Shown piece by piece: positions 50,754 to 63,282 of a stretch of DNA of 64,000 nt. The notes under the pieces were generated by a model, which saw only the letters and a program-made list of their open reading frames with translations, made no database searches and was not told where the DNA came from. Each line of letters opens with the position of its first letter. Within the stretch, counting starts at the first letter, position 1. Both the position numbers and the translations under genes were made by a program. This DNA is from Mobula hypostoma (Eukaryota): the NCBI RefSeq assembly GCF_963921235.1, contig NC_086099.1, positions 52,390,001 through 52,454,000 of the forward strand, given 5' to 3'.

Positions 50754-52182
50754 CTATGGGATGGATAGCCAGAGAAAGAGAGAGAGAGAGAGATCATACA
50801 GGTCATAATGCCAGTCTATTTACAACACACTTTGTCATGACTTTAAGTTGTGTGTTCAAACAGAAGTGATGGCACAAGCACTGGAGAACCTCGAGCTGAT
50901 CGCATGACTATGAGAGGGTTGCATCTGTCAGTAATCCCTTTATAATACTGAATAAGCAGAGGACCCAGAGAACAGGATATGCTGTTGGAAGAGGTGGATG
51001 AGGAGGAAAAGATATGCTTACAGTTGGAAAACTTGGTAATTAAGCAACCCCAAACTACCTGCACACCTGCAAAGAGAGAATCACTAAAATCTGCATCTAG
51101 TGCAGGCTGTCCACAACTGAGCAGAATGAGGAGAGCTTTTCCAGTGATGCTCAAGGTTAATATGGTTGCCTAATTCATTTCCAGCTGAAGCTAGAGATAT
51201 TTTCAGTATCATGGAGACTGTTGTTTCTTTTGTGTAAGGGAGGATTCTCTGTGTCTCTGTTCAGAAAGAGCTAATTACTTTTCATTTTTATTTGCCAGTG
51301 ACCAGCAGATGAAAGAGATATATGACATTGCTGGGGCTGAAGGGATCTCCACGAACTACTGGATAATGGGTGCCGCGCCATTTCTTTCTTACTTTGGAAG
51401 AGCAGGCAATTCCACTCTGTCACCAATCAGTTGGTGGATTATGCAGACCGATGTAGGATATTTGGCAGCAGTCACCAAGGCTTTATTCCACAGCTGCCCA
51501 CTGTGCCAACAGTATCTGAGCCATCCTGGAAACCATTTACACAAAGCTAATATTCCCTGTGTGCTATCTTTGCGTAAAACAAATGCCAACTGCTCACATG
51601 AGGAGGCATAAACATCAGTGCATTTAAACATTTCTTTAACTAACTGGATTGTTCTTATGGGACTCTAGGAATATCTAGCAAGGTTGACTTAAGATTTCTT
51701 AAATTATCCAACATAACGTCGTCATTCTGAAAACACATGCAGTTTAGAAACTGTAGGTGAACTCACATAGGTAATGTTTGTTTAAGTATATTTAAGCGTG
51801 CTGTTTTCTTTGTATCCATGTGAGCATTTGTATTGTAATGATATTGAACAACAGAGACATATGGTCCTTTCGATGCTCAATTTGTGTAAATGTTTCAGAG
51901 ATGTTCATTTTACACCATGGACTTTAGGGATTTAACATGTAATTAGTTTAGAGATATATTTTTGCCACGTCTAAATGCATTCTGAAGACAACATTCAAAA
52001 ATGCATACTAACAATCAAAATTTATCATCTAAAGTTGCACAGATCCCAGGAGAGGACCATAACAGTAATCCGACATCTTTCCATGCAAAATAAAAATTCA
52101 GAAGTGCTGATTTAGTTGCAATATAGACAGAGAATGATGTTCCAGTATTTACACTTCCTCAGACAATCAAAAGTAGACAGTC

Positions 52183-53203
52183 CACCCCACTAGGAATAGG
52201 GTTCCCCTTGTCCTCACCTACCACGCCACCACCCTCCGGGTCCAACATATTATTCTCCATCACTTCCGCCACCTCCAACAGGATTCCACCACTAAGCACA
52301 TCTTCCCCACCCCCCCACACTTTCTGCTTTCTGCAGGGATCACTCCCTTGTCCATTCGTCCCCCCAATCCCTTCCCACCGATCTCCCTCCCGGCACTTAT
52401 CCTTGAAAGTGGAACAAGTGCTACACCTGCCCTTACACTTCCTCCCTCACTACCATTCAGGGCCCCAGACAGTCCTTCCAGGTGAGGCGACACTTCACCT
52501 GTGAGTCGGCTAGGGTGATATACTGCATCTGGTGCACCCGATGCGGCCTTCTATATATTGGCGAGACCCGACACAGGCTGGGAGACCGTTTCACTGAAGA
52601 CCTATGCTCTGTCCATCAGAGAAAGCAGGATCTCCCAGTGGCCACACATTTTAATTCCACATTCCATTCCCATTCTGACATGTCTATCCACGGCCTCCTC
52701 TACTGTCAAGATGAATCCACACTCTGGTTGGAGGAACAACACCTTATATTCCGTCTGGGTAGCCTCCAACCTGATGGCATGAACATTGACTTATCTAACT
52801 TCCATTAATGCCCCACCTCCCCTTCGTACCCCATCCCTTATTTATTTATTTATTTTCCCCCTTCTTCCCCTTTCTTTTTTCTCCCTCTGTCCCTCTCATT
52901 GCCCATCCTCCGGGTTTCCCCCCTCCCCCTTTCTTTCTCCCAGGCCTCCCATCCCATGATCCTCTTCCTTCTCCAGCCTTGTATCCCTTTTGCCAATCAC
53001 CTGTCCAGCTCTTGGCTCCATCCCTCCCCCTCCTGTCTTCTCCTATCATTTTGGATCTCCCCCTCTCCCTCCCACTTTCAAATCTCTTACTATCTCTTCT
53101 TTCAGTTAGTCCTGACGAAGCGTCTCGGCCCGAAACCGACTGTACCTCTTCCTAGAGGTGTTGCCTGGCCCGCTGCATTCACCAGCAATTTTTGTGTGTG
53201 TTG
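52183..53203 (+). mobile_element. Penelope-like 3' part (GIY-YIG plus hammerhead terminus)
   Basis: ORF 52482..52808 reads VIYCIWCTRCGLLYIGET. Terminal agtcctgacgaagcgtctcggcccgaaaccgact at ~53108-53141, with the cleavage triplet damaged. Confidence 0.92.
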
Positions 53204-53619
53204 CAGTCCTATTTGTATTCATATTTTAATAACATCCTCTCATTGTTACAAAGTAACCCAAGCTCAACAATTCTTTCAAGCATATTTTCTAACCATTACA
53301 AATTACTTACTTCGATAACAAAAGCCTCAAAAGAGCACATCAATTATTATACCATATTTTATATAACGTTTTCCTTTCATGGAGATAAAAATGAATTGTT
53401 CTGCTCTTCTTTGAATATAATTTTCTATTACATGCTAAAACTTGCAAAACTACCCAACAGGCCAGAATCCTCATGGATATTTATCAACTGAAAAGAGAAA
53501 TGTCCACTACATAGCCCTAAATAATCTGTATAGAATAGAGGTCACTTACAAAAAACATTGCAAAGTCAAAGGAAAATTAAGGAGTTGATAAAGGGGAAAG
53601 AAATAATCCGCCTGTGTCT

Positions 53620-54050
53620 TTGTGCCTGTTACGCTGCTGGTGTTTAGGGCAGCAATGAAGGTCCATCATTTCTGGCGGTGTTTAGGGTTTCCTTCATCAT
53701 GTCAGTAGCTTCTTCTGGGATTTCACTACTGTCAGTCGTGCAACTCACGGATGGAGACTCAGGAACACCGTTGCACACAGATGTAGAAGGATCCTTCATT
53801 GCTGTGTCTGTAACAACTTTTTTTCACCAGTCAGGGTTGTTAACCCTGAGCTAAACCCCTGAACCAAACCCCTGAACCTGGAGAGCCAGTGGACTACTCT
53901 TAGTCTGACCTCTACCCTTTGACCTGCTTGGCATGAGTGTCCCTACCCAGAGGCAAAATACCTACCCTGACTCAGCCAACATAGATATCTGGGTCAATGA
54001 GGCACGCAAGCCTCCAAACCACGACAAGGTAGTGGTCCTCTTGGAGGAAT
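53620..54050 (-). mobile_element. Bipartite non-autonomous RTE-derived element (Bov-A-like architecture)
   Basis: Minus 5' end gaccactaccttgtcgtgg...gcttgcgtgcctca resembles RTE/BovB 5' ends; the 3' end encodes TFIAALN, an RTE C-terminus. Confidence 0.65.
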
Positions 54051-54564
54051 CTGTCTGTCAAAGAAAAATAAATAATCAGATGCACAGACAAAATAAATTA
54101 GTCAGGCTTTAAGAGTTCTTTGTCTGAGGTAAGGTTTTCCCAGATGTGTCCAGTCCATCACTTTGGTCACATTGCACAGTATCAATAAATGAAGTCATGA
54201 ATTTTAGACAGTAATTATGTGTTTTCTTTCTAACTTCTGTCTGTCCAGCCAGATTATCCCGTTTCTGTTGTAGAGAATGCAAATGCTGATATGAAGATTC
54301 CTTAATTAATTTTAAAGGGGTTTATTTGAATTTTGCTTCATTTGGTGAAACTGTAGATGTCAAATTGCAACTGACATTGTAAGGGTTATAACGTGATAGT
54401 CATGTTAATTTTGATTTAATTTTTCAACTGAAAATCACATTTATTCTAAGTGATAAAGTGCTTAATTTTTCCAAGTTCCAACTATATTGTTCCAGTTGGG
54501 ATATTTGTTTAATCCTGAAACCAACCAGAATCTTCCAGAATTTTAACTAAGTTTCAAGAAATAT

Positions 54565-54735
54565 ATTTATTTATTTACTGAGCTACTGTGTGGGAAAGGC
54601 CTTTCCCAGCCTTTCAAGCTGCATCAGCCTGCAACCCCTGATTTAACCCCAGCCTCATCACAGGGCAATTTACAATGTCCTTGGACTGAGGGAGTAAACT
54701 GGAGCACCAGGAGAAAACCCACGTGTTCCCCAGGA
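54565..54735 (-). mobile_element. V-SINE fragment
   Basis: aaactggagcaccaggagaaaacccacg is the reversed V-domain. Confidence 0.55.
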
Positions 54736-55074
54736 AGTACTATCATGGCTTTGCCTTGATGCATATGATTCATAGAGATCCTGTGGGAGAGGTTAAAAAT
54801 AAATTGCTCTGCCCTTCATGAAATGCCATGCGTCATGGATCATTGCAGTTTCTGGGGATTTCCCACTATTTAAAGAATATGTTTTTGCACTGTCGTACAC
54901 TATCACTTTATGCTTTCAGGGAATCATCCTCAAAAGATATTTTTCTGAATATCTTCCCTAAGGGAAGGTTGAGGAAACTCTCAAGCAACATTTAAAAACT
55001 AATAGAAACTCTCTTGGAATTTTAATATTACTTTTGAACCCAAGTCTAGTGAATGCCTACATTAGTGCTCAATG

Positions 55075-55360
55075 ATTCTTACAAAGGCGTAGAGTATTCC
55101 ATTCCTCCCTGTGACCCCTACGTTTTCTCTGGGGTGCTCCAGTTTCCTTCCTCATCTCAACATGTGGGGCTTGGGAGGTTAACTGGTTGCTATAGATTAT
55201 CCCGTGTACAGGTGGGTGGTAGAATCTGGGGGAGCTGACAGCAATGTGGGGAGAATGAAAAATTGTGTTGGGGTAGAATTAGTGTCCATGGGTGCTTACC
55301 TGTCAGCATGGGTAGTGGCCGAACGGCTTGTTTCCCTGCTGCATCCTTCTATGACACTAT
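55075..55360 (+). mobile_element. V-SINE (HE1-like) with CR1-derived tail
   Basis: gttttctctggggtgctccagtttcc, followed by a ggccgaacggcttgtttccctgctg...ctatg tail. Confidence 0.65.
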
Positions 55361-56357
55361 GGCCCTAGGCTTTTCCATAAATCGCTCCACATCCCTGCAC
55401 TCCCTAAAACCTAATTCTTTAACCAAGTTTTTGACCATTTGTCTCAGTATTACTTTATGTGGCCTGGTGACACATTTTGTTTGACAATGCTTCTGTGAAG
55501 TACATTAAGATACTTAATCACATTAGAACCACAATATAAAGATGCCGTACATGCTGATTTCCATCTAGGTTAAAATTATTCTAGTTGGTAATGACTGCTG
55601 ACTATGTTAAATATATTTTCATTACAGCCATTTACAAATTAATGCTGGCAGAAAGGAGCTTTGTTTGCCAGGAACATACATCATGGAGGTCATAGGCCCC
55701 ACAAGGTTTAGGATATAAAATTGCTGGTCCCCACTAAGCTCCTTGTTTAAGTTCCTACTGTGTGCTTTGGATGCTCACAGGAATTACCCAGAGTCAGACA
55801 ATCCACTGCCCTGAGTAAAGCAAACACCTCAGAAGAAGCTGCACGCCCACAGTACGAACAACTGTGCTGCTATCATGCCAGCCGCAACCTCTGCCACCTC
55901 AAACATGGGCAGAATGCCTGCTGCAGTTGTTATTGAATGGGGTCACCCAAGTTTCCTCATGCTTCTGTATTAGCACTAACTAACCAACGCACTTAGCACA
56001 AACAGCTCAGCTTTCAAACGATCTCCGTCTTATTTTCATGGCTTTTACACATGTTACTAGGCTTTGGAAGGGAGTTGATATTCTCCCTCAACTATATTTA
56101 ACAGAATCCTTCAGCTGGTCAGGAACTGGGTGTAATTAGACAGCTCTTTCAAAGAGCCAAAGAAGTCACAATGGACTTAATGAACCCCTACTGTGTTGTA
56201 TACGTCTTTCACCCTACTAATTAATATCTGCTGCCAGAAATGATATAACACCCATGATCCACATTACTACTAATCACATCAGTCCCTTCCAATACTGAAA
56301 TTATATCCTAAATAACATTACTTCAAGCACAAATTCAATTGCCAGTGCATTTCATTT

Positions 56358-57030
56358 GGGAGGAGAAGATGGCGGTGCGACACAGTACGCGCCACCTCTG
56401 TGGTGAATGATATCTGTAATCTGTCAAGTAGGGGACCGTGCACAATCCTGATTTGATGGAGACAGACGTGAGAGCATGGAGGAACATCCGGAGAAACTTC
56501 TGAAATGCCCGCTTCGCTGCCGCTGTTACTGTGTGATCCAGAATCTCCGGAGGAGAAGGCCCCGAATCCTCGTTTTTGCTTGTTTCGGCAGCCGAGGCCA
56601 GGTCGAAGGCACTCGGCAGAGGATGGCGCTCGGGAGGCTGTATCGGAGAGGGGCTGGTCGGAGGCTCGAAGTTTTCGGATGGACGGACTCGGTGTCGGCT
56701 GCTTCCAAGGCATCGGCAGTTGTCGGTGCCTTGGAGGTTTATGGCAGGGAGTTTCTCTCTTTTGCCGCCTGCTATCTGGGACTCGGGAGTCAATTGACTT
56801 GGGACTTTGAGACTTTTTTTTACCGTGCCCATGGTCTGCTCTTCATCAAATTATGGTATTGTTTTCCACTGCTGTAACTATATGTTATAATTATGTGGTT
56901 CTGTCAGTGTTAGTCTTTGGTTTGTCCTGTTTTCTGTGATATCACTCTGGAGGAACATTGTATCATTTCTTAATGCATGTATGCATTTCTAAATGACAAT
57001 AAAAGAGGACTGAGTGTTCTCATAATCTAA
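56358..57030 (+). mobile_element. Young CpG-rich non-autonomous retroelement (aagatggcgg 5' end, Rex1-like tail)
   Basis: Starts gggaggagaagatggcgg, high CpG content, ends aaatgacaataaa...aatctaa. No credible ORF. Confidence 0.6.
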
Positions 57031-57089
57031 TATATTTTGTGCATTTATTAGCACACCAACAGTGGCATTTCAATACTTGGAAAGTTTAC

Positions 57090-57183
57090 CATTATATTAT
57101 ATTGTTCCAAATTATCAGTCAATATAGTACAATCTATAATATCTTAATATCCTGAGTCTTAAATAGTCTCTATGGCAAACCAT
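57090..57183 (+). repeat. 94-bp direct repeat, copy 1
   Basis: Matches 59007-59100 with 8 substitutions and no gaps. Confidence 0.9.
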
Positions 57184-57754
57184 TACAGCCACATCAGAGG
57201 CAGTGGAAAGAAACAGTCAGTGGCTTTGGATCAGATAAAAAGACCTCTCTTGGGCTCCGAGATAGCATCAAGAGCGTGGGAAGACACAACAGGGGGTGAC
57301 TGTGGGACACCAGAAGTCATCGTCAATCCTGCTGAAAATGTAGTGGGCTAATCAATGAAACATCAAGGAAAGAGGGTGCCCACTTGAAAGCACCTACGTG
57401 TCAACCCTGTGCCATCCCCAACATCAAGTCAGTCTCAGTCAAGTGCTCACGATCCATTGGCACAAGGAATATTAACATCTTATCCTGTGCTTTTTGATTT
57501 CTGTATCTTAGTTTGTTTTTCAGTCAATGATGTTTAATTAATTTTCATTGCCACAAATTTAACATCAGAGGCTAAACACTTTCATATCTGGCCCCCGTCC
57601 TGCATCCTATCAAACTTAGGCTTGGCAAAGAGACCAAGCTACAAACTGTTTCTTCTTCTGAGCAATCTATGAGTAAAGTTGATGTGCTGTGGCGAAGATC
57701 TTGCAAAAGGAATGTTGCAGTTAAAATTCTAATTATCTTAAGCATTGTTTGATA

Positions 57755-59006
57755 TTTGGTCCATCAGTTAATCAGGGCAGCCACTTATTTGGGACAACTT
57801 TTAAAGAGCAAAAATGAATCAAGAAAATAGCTGGGATTCCCTTTCTTTATTTGGGACACCATGCCACTTAATAGGGACTGAAGTCTTGCTGTTTTTTGAG
57901 TGAACAGTTTTTAAGTAGTGTCAGTTGAGCCTGCTTGTGTTCAAAAATCAATCACTTTTGTCACTGATAGTGGGCGAGGAATAAACAGTAAGACAACTGT
58001 TTTGCTCACTGCAGTTTCAAGCATTCAGGCTTGGAGATGCCAGAAACAGCCAGGAGTGAAAATAAAACAATTTCACTCCTTCACAAGTTAGAAACTACAA
58101 AGAATTTCAAGGTTTTCAATTCTTTGCAGTTTTCACTTTGAAGGTAACGTATTGAATGTTACAAAGAAAATGAAGATTTGGAGAATGCAATTGTTGACAA
58201 CATTGTATGAAGGCAGACCATTATCTACATTAAATGTTTGTGCTGATTTTGTTCATTCATAGTCTAAAGAACATGAGACAGATGAATAAAAACACAAAAT
58301 ACTCTACAGATGCTGGGGTCAAAGCAATACTCACAACACGCTGGAGGAACTCAGTAGGTCAGGCAGCATCCATGGAAATGATCAGTCAATGTTTCGGGCC
58401 AGAACCCTGCATCAGGACCGAAGAGGGAAGGGGCAGACGCCCTATAAAGAAGGTGAGGGGAGGGTGGGAAGGAGAAGGCTGGTAGGTGCCAGATGGAAAA
58501 CCAGTAAGGGGAAAGATCAAGGGGTGGGGGAGGGGAAGCAGGGAGGGGATAGGTAGGAAAGGTGAAGAAGGAATAGGGGAAAGCACAATAGATAGTAGAA
58601 GGAGGTGGAACCATGTGGGAGGTGATAGGCAGCTGGAGGAGGGGGCAGAGTGAAACTGGGATGGGGGAAGGGAGGGGGAGGGAATTACCGGAAGTTGGAT
58701 AATTCACTGTTCATGCCCAGAGTCTGGAGACTACCCAGACGGTATATGAGGTGTTGCTTCTCCAATTTGAGTTTAGCCTCACAGATGAATTCCTCCATCA
58801 ATAAGTATTAGGAACTAATACACAGTCTTATAGTACTATAGTAGTAGTGGTAATGTTCTAATTTGTTCTGTATTTCATTTAAATATATAATTTGTTACTC
58901 AGTTTGTTTCTTTTATACGTTTTTATCTATTTCCTTGAAACTTCGGCTAATTGGGGCAGCTGTTCAACTGGGCCAAAACGTACTGGCCCCAATGTGTCCC
59001 CATTAA
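57755..59006. mobile_element. Tigger/pogo-like non-autonomous DNA transposon with eroded ends
   Basis: Subterminal motifs gttaatcagggcagccacttatttgggac and gctaattggggcagc...tgtccccattaac; interrupted by a PLE. Confidence 0.55.
58288..58780 (-). mobile_element. Penelope-like 3' end with hammerhead motif, 10-bp TSD
   Basis: TSD acagatgaat at 58278-58287 and 58781-58790; reverse complement ggtcctgatgcagggttctggcccgaaacattgact. Confidence 0.9.
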
Positions 59007-59100
59007 CATTATATTATATTGTTCCAAATTATCAGCAAATAAAGTTCAATCTATAATATCTTAATATCCTGTATCTTACATAATCTCTATGGCAAACCAT
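59007..59100 (+). repeat. 94-bp direct repeat, copy 2
   Basis: Matches 57090-57183. Confidence 0.9.
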
Positions 59101-59532
59101 CATGATAATACAGAGTTTTTTTGCCCAACCAAATGATAGAAAGTTTCTTATTAAGAATGTTGGGCTCAATCATTTACAACAATTTGAACTAACTTTCAAA
59201 TCTCACAGATTTTTTTAAAAAATCTACAGATGCTGGAAATCTAAAGTAAAACAGAACATGCTATAAACAGCTTAGGTAGCTTGTATAGAGTGAGAAGCAG
59301 AGTTAGATTTCAGGTCCAAGACTCTACAATGGAACTAATCTAGCATGAGTAAAGATAACACATTACAATAAAAACTACTGAAAATATTTAGCAGTGCAGG
59401 ATTTATCTGGGTGAAAGGTCATCAAGCTGTTCTTTCCCGACATATTCTGCCTGACGAATTGGATATTTCCAATATTTTCTATTTCCAGAATCATTGTTTT
59501 TTGTTTTATATTTATGCACTATCAGAAAATTA

Positions 59533-60120
59533 CGAGGGGTGATTGATAAGTTTGTGGCCTAAGGTAGAAGGAGTCAATTTTAGAAAACCTAGCACATTTA
59601 TTTTTCCTACATTTACACACTTAGCCCAGCAGTCGTGGAGCATGCGAATCCCTTCTTTGTAGAAGTCGGCGTCTTGGACCTCCAGGAAGTGGTCCACAGC
59701 AAGGGTGATTGATAAGTTTGTGGCCTAAGATAGAAGGAGATGAGTTATTAACTTCACACTTTCTGCATTTTCACTCAGAGTTGAACTGCACGTGTATGTA
59801 ACGAGAGCTGTATAACTCATCGCCTTCTACCTTAGGCCACAAACTTATCAATCACCCCTGCTGTGGACCACCTGGAGGTCCCAGACGCTCTCGTTACATG
59901 CACGTGCAGTTCAACTCTTTGAGTGATAACGCAGAAAGGTTGAAGTTAATAACTCATCCCCTGCTGTGGACCATTTCTACAAAGAAGGGATCCGTATGCT
60001 CCACAACCGCTGGACTAAGTGTGTACATGTAGAAGGGGACTATGTTGAAAAATAAACGTGCTAGGTTTTCTAAAATTGACTCCTTCTACCTTAGGCTACA
60101 AACTTATCAATCACCCCTCG
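59533..60120. mobile_element. Mariner-type MITE with nested internal TIR copies
   Basis: TA|cgaggggtgattgataagtttgtggcctaaggtagaagg ... ccttctaccttaggctacaaacttatcaatcacccctcg|TA. Confidence 0.92.
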
Positions 60121-63024
60121 TATTAAAGAAAACCTGGTGAAGCAACGTAAGAATATACAAAGCAGAAGTCGCCCAGTTTGATTAAAGAAGATAGGTACAA
60201 AGGAGTGCCTCAGGACAGGAAAGGGAAGTAGAGGGTAGGTAAAGTTTTGGAAGGGATTCTTGCAATATAGACTCAGCAGTGAAAGACACAAATTCAAAAG
60301 AAAAGAACTATTAAATGCAAGCTAGGCCTTAAAGCCAGAAGTGGAGGATCCAGGTATTTTAACAAATTATTAGAGATGAATGACATTCCAGAGACAGAAA
60401 GGGGGAGAACATTGGGGATTTGAAAAATAAAGAGAAATGTTAAATCTGTTTTTTCCCTAATTATAATCAAAGTAGATTACCAAGCACAGGCATAGTGGGC
60501 AACTGAACTTTAGGGTGAGGTCAGCAGTTCTGAATGACAGAGTTAATACAAGCCTGAAGGTGTTGGAATAATGAAATCTAGAAACAACAAGGGCTTGGAT
60601 GAGGGGATATCTATGGCAAAGGTAAAGTTGAGCAATCTATCAAGGGTCGAAATACACAGTCAGTGATGTTGCCATAACCTGGTCCAACGCTCATCATGGA
60701 GTCAAATAAGGTAACAAGGATGCATACAATCTAGTTTAATTTCATCGGGTTGTTATTTGATGGAGTCAATTTGACTGGCAGGTATATTATGATGAAAAAA
60801 AAAACACTTTCAATTTCAGAATAATATATAAATAAAGAAATTTCTACACACCTTGCTGTACACATCTGATAAATTATAAACATCAGGAGTTTGGTGGGAT
60901 AGGGTGACGGACACTATCGATGTACTTGTGCAAGTTCATATTAGGCTTTTGGGTGATTGCCCAGAGGATAGCAAGGGTATGAGGGCTAGGAGGAGGACAG
61001 AGATGTGCCTGGGAGACTCCTGCTGCATTCAGTGAAGCTAGAATAAAGAATAAAATAAGACTAAAATTAAAGCACAAGAATAGACAATAAATAATACCCA
61101 TTCCTTTTATTAATTTGTGGGATTGTTGAGCAGCAATGATTTCATAAGAATATCTATCTGAACAACAAGATTTATTTTGCTATATTAAAAAAAAGACTTA
61201 CAAGTACTGAAATACTCAGCAATACAAGCAATATCACTGGAAAAATAAACAGAGTTAGTGTTTCAGGTCAATATTCTCCACAGATGCTACCTGACCTGCT
61301 AGGAATCTACATTCTCTGCTTTTATTTCAGGTGACTAGTATCTGAGGGCTTTCTTTCAATTTACCATGGAAAAGGAGTCCCAACATCCATTGAAACACAA
61401 CATGACTAAAGGCCTTTTAATTCATCTTGCAAACACTGATGGAAGTTCACCAGTCTAAAATGTTAACTCCATCTCTCCCTCCACAGCTTCTGCCTGACTT
61501 CCATCACCTGTAGCTTTGCTCCCTGCATTTAGGTGGCTTCTTTGCTGGAGGCATTGTAAAGACTGTTCTTATATAAAATCAGGCCACCTTTTCAGTATTA
61601 GCAAAGATCAGCTACTTTCTGATATTCAGCAACTGAAGAAATAAATTAAAAAGCTCCTGGGCAGACCAACCTCTCCCCAAAGCCTTATTCTGTTACAGCT
61701 GAAGCAGAGTTTATCTCAAACACTAATTTAGAATTTAATCTTTATGACTTTAATTCTGCATCAATATGAAGCCAAAACTAGTTTGAAGAAATACAAACTA
61801 TATAGTATAATTGGCCTTTTAATTGCTACAAACCAATTTACCAGCTTGGAATGAATTCACAAGTGCTCCCATATTTCAAACAGATTGAATTGTCATGATG
61901 TTTTAAAGGTTGCTGTCAACCTTGCATCCTGCTTATATTGCTAGGGTCATTTAGTGAATTTTCTTTCTCCAAGCTGTTGAAGCAGAATTGGTAATCCAAT
62001 TTTACACTGAGTACATATGTTCGTTTGTACAAGTGCAGATGGTTTAAACTAATCCAGCTACATTTCTGTTAGAGCAAAGAATGATTTGCATATAAAATTA
62101 GCTTCTTATTTGAACAATATTATTTCATAATCACAACACTCTGTCTTCTGGACATTTTCTTTTCTTCCAAATTAAAACAAACACAGTGCTAAATGTCACA
62201 CTCAAACTGACAGTTTATTCATGACTCAGCAGTATTCATGAAGAATGCAGTATGGATTTCAAACAAGGATTAGAGTATTTATTATTCATTAAATGTATTT
62301 GTGAAATTTATTAGAGTGATATTCATTTGAAAGAGGGAACTAAAAGAAAAATGGAAAATTCCATTTAAACAGAACAATGCTTTTAGCATTTAAATTAAAT
62401 CATCTACAAGGCAAGCTGTTACAATAAAATTACATCTGTTAGATATTATATAGAATAATAGCAGAGCTGGAATGGATTATTCTTATATTCTATGTACAGC
62501 GGTAGGAGTATTGATTTGAAGGAAGATAATGGATCAATGTAAGGTAAGTCATTCTCTAGATGTGGATAACAGGCATGGTACCAAATATTGAAAGGTCATT
62601 TTCAGCAAGATTTAAAAGTGCTGCATTTATTGGGTTAGCTTGAAAATAAATCTTCATTATTACGTTAGCACAAAAATATGAACTTCCATCAGCTGGTACT
62701 GGATTTCAGTTTTAGAGTATTTAGGGATTTTCAACGAGTTTTCCTTCTGAAATGTTGTGGTTACATAATAACTTATATTGTGCAGTGATGTACAGATATT
62801 TTCAGAATAAAATACAAATTTTTACATATTCATCAGAACCTTAAATTATACTTTCCATGTATAACAACTAATGAAATGTAGTGATCCAATTTGAATATAA
62901 GGTTTCATATACAGCAATGATTACACTGTGTGCCATCTGTAGAACACAGTACAGTTATTCACGTAGGCTACTTCAACGGTACCTCCCAGAACTGTGACCT
63001 CACCAGTTGAGCAGGGCAAAGCAC

Positions 63025-63215
63025 CAGTGTAGGTGGCTGTAAGCTTTGGAGATTCTACCATCCTGACACGGAAATTTATCTCAATTTCTTCCTTGTTACT
63101 CGGTCTAAATGCAGGAGCTCTACCAGCATCGTGGCTGAGTTCCTCCAACAGATTGCAGCAATTCAAGAAGGTGGCTCACCACCACCTTTCCAAGGCAATT
63201 AGGGACACAAATTAA
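63025..63215 (+). mobile_element. Old CR1/L2-group LINE 3' end
   Basis: gattgcagcaattcaagaaggtggctcaccaccacctt...aggcaattaggga; a reversed relative lies at ~48910-48945. Confidence 0.55.
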
Positions 63216-63282
63216 GTAAATAATTAGCCAGGTAAACTGTTTTCAATGCTAGGAGAGATATGAATGCTGAACTCAAGGAAAT

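Noticed and set aside
56318-56877. Six overlapping ORFs
   Set aside because: Stop-poor GC-rich repeat; no recognisable protein.
59533-60120. CRISPR-like repeats
   Set aside because: The repeats are inverted TIR copies with a TA TSD in eukaryotic DNA, not a direct repeat-spacer array.
62221-62231. ARE/MARE-like motif atgactcagca
   Set aside because: A single short motif is expected by chance in 64 kb.
62498-62547. Possible 44-nt exon (tacag ... aag|gtaagt)
   Set aside because: Stops in all three frames; no supporting context.
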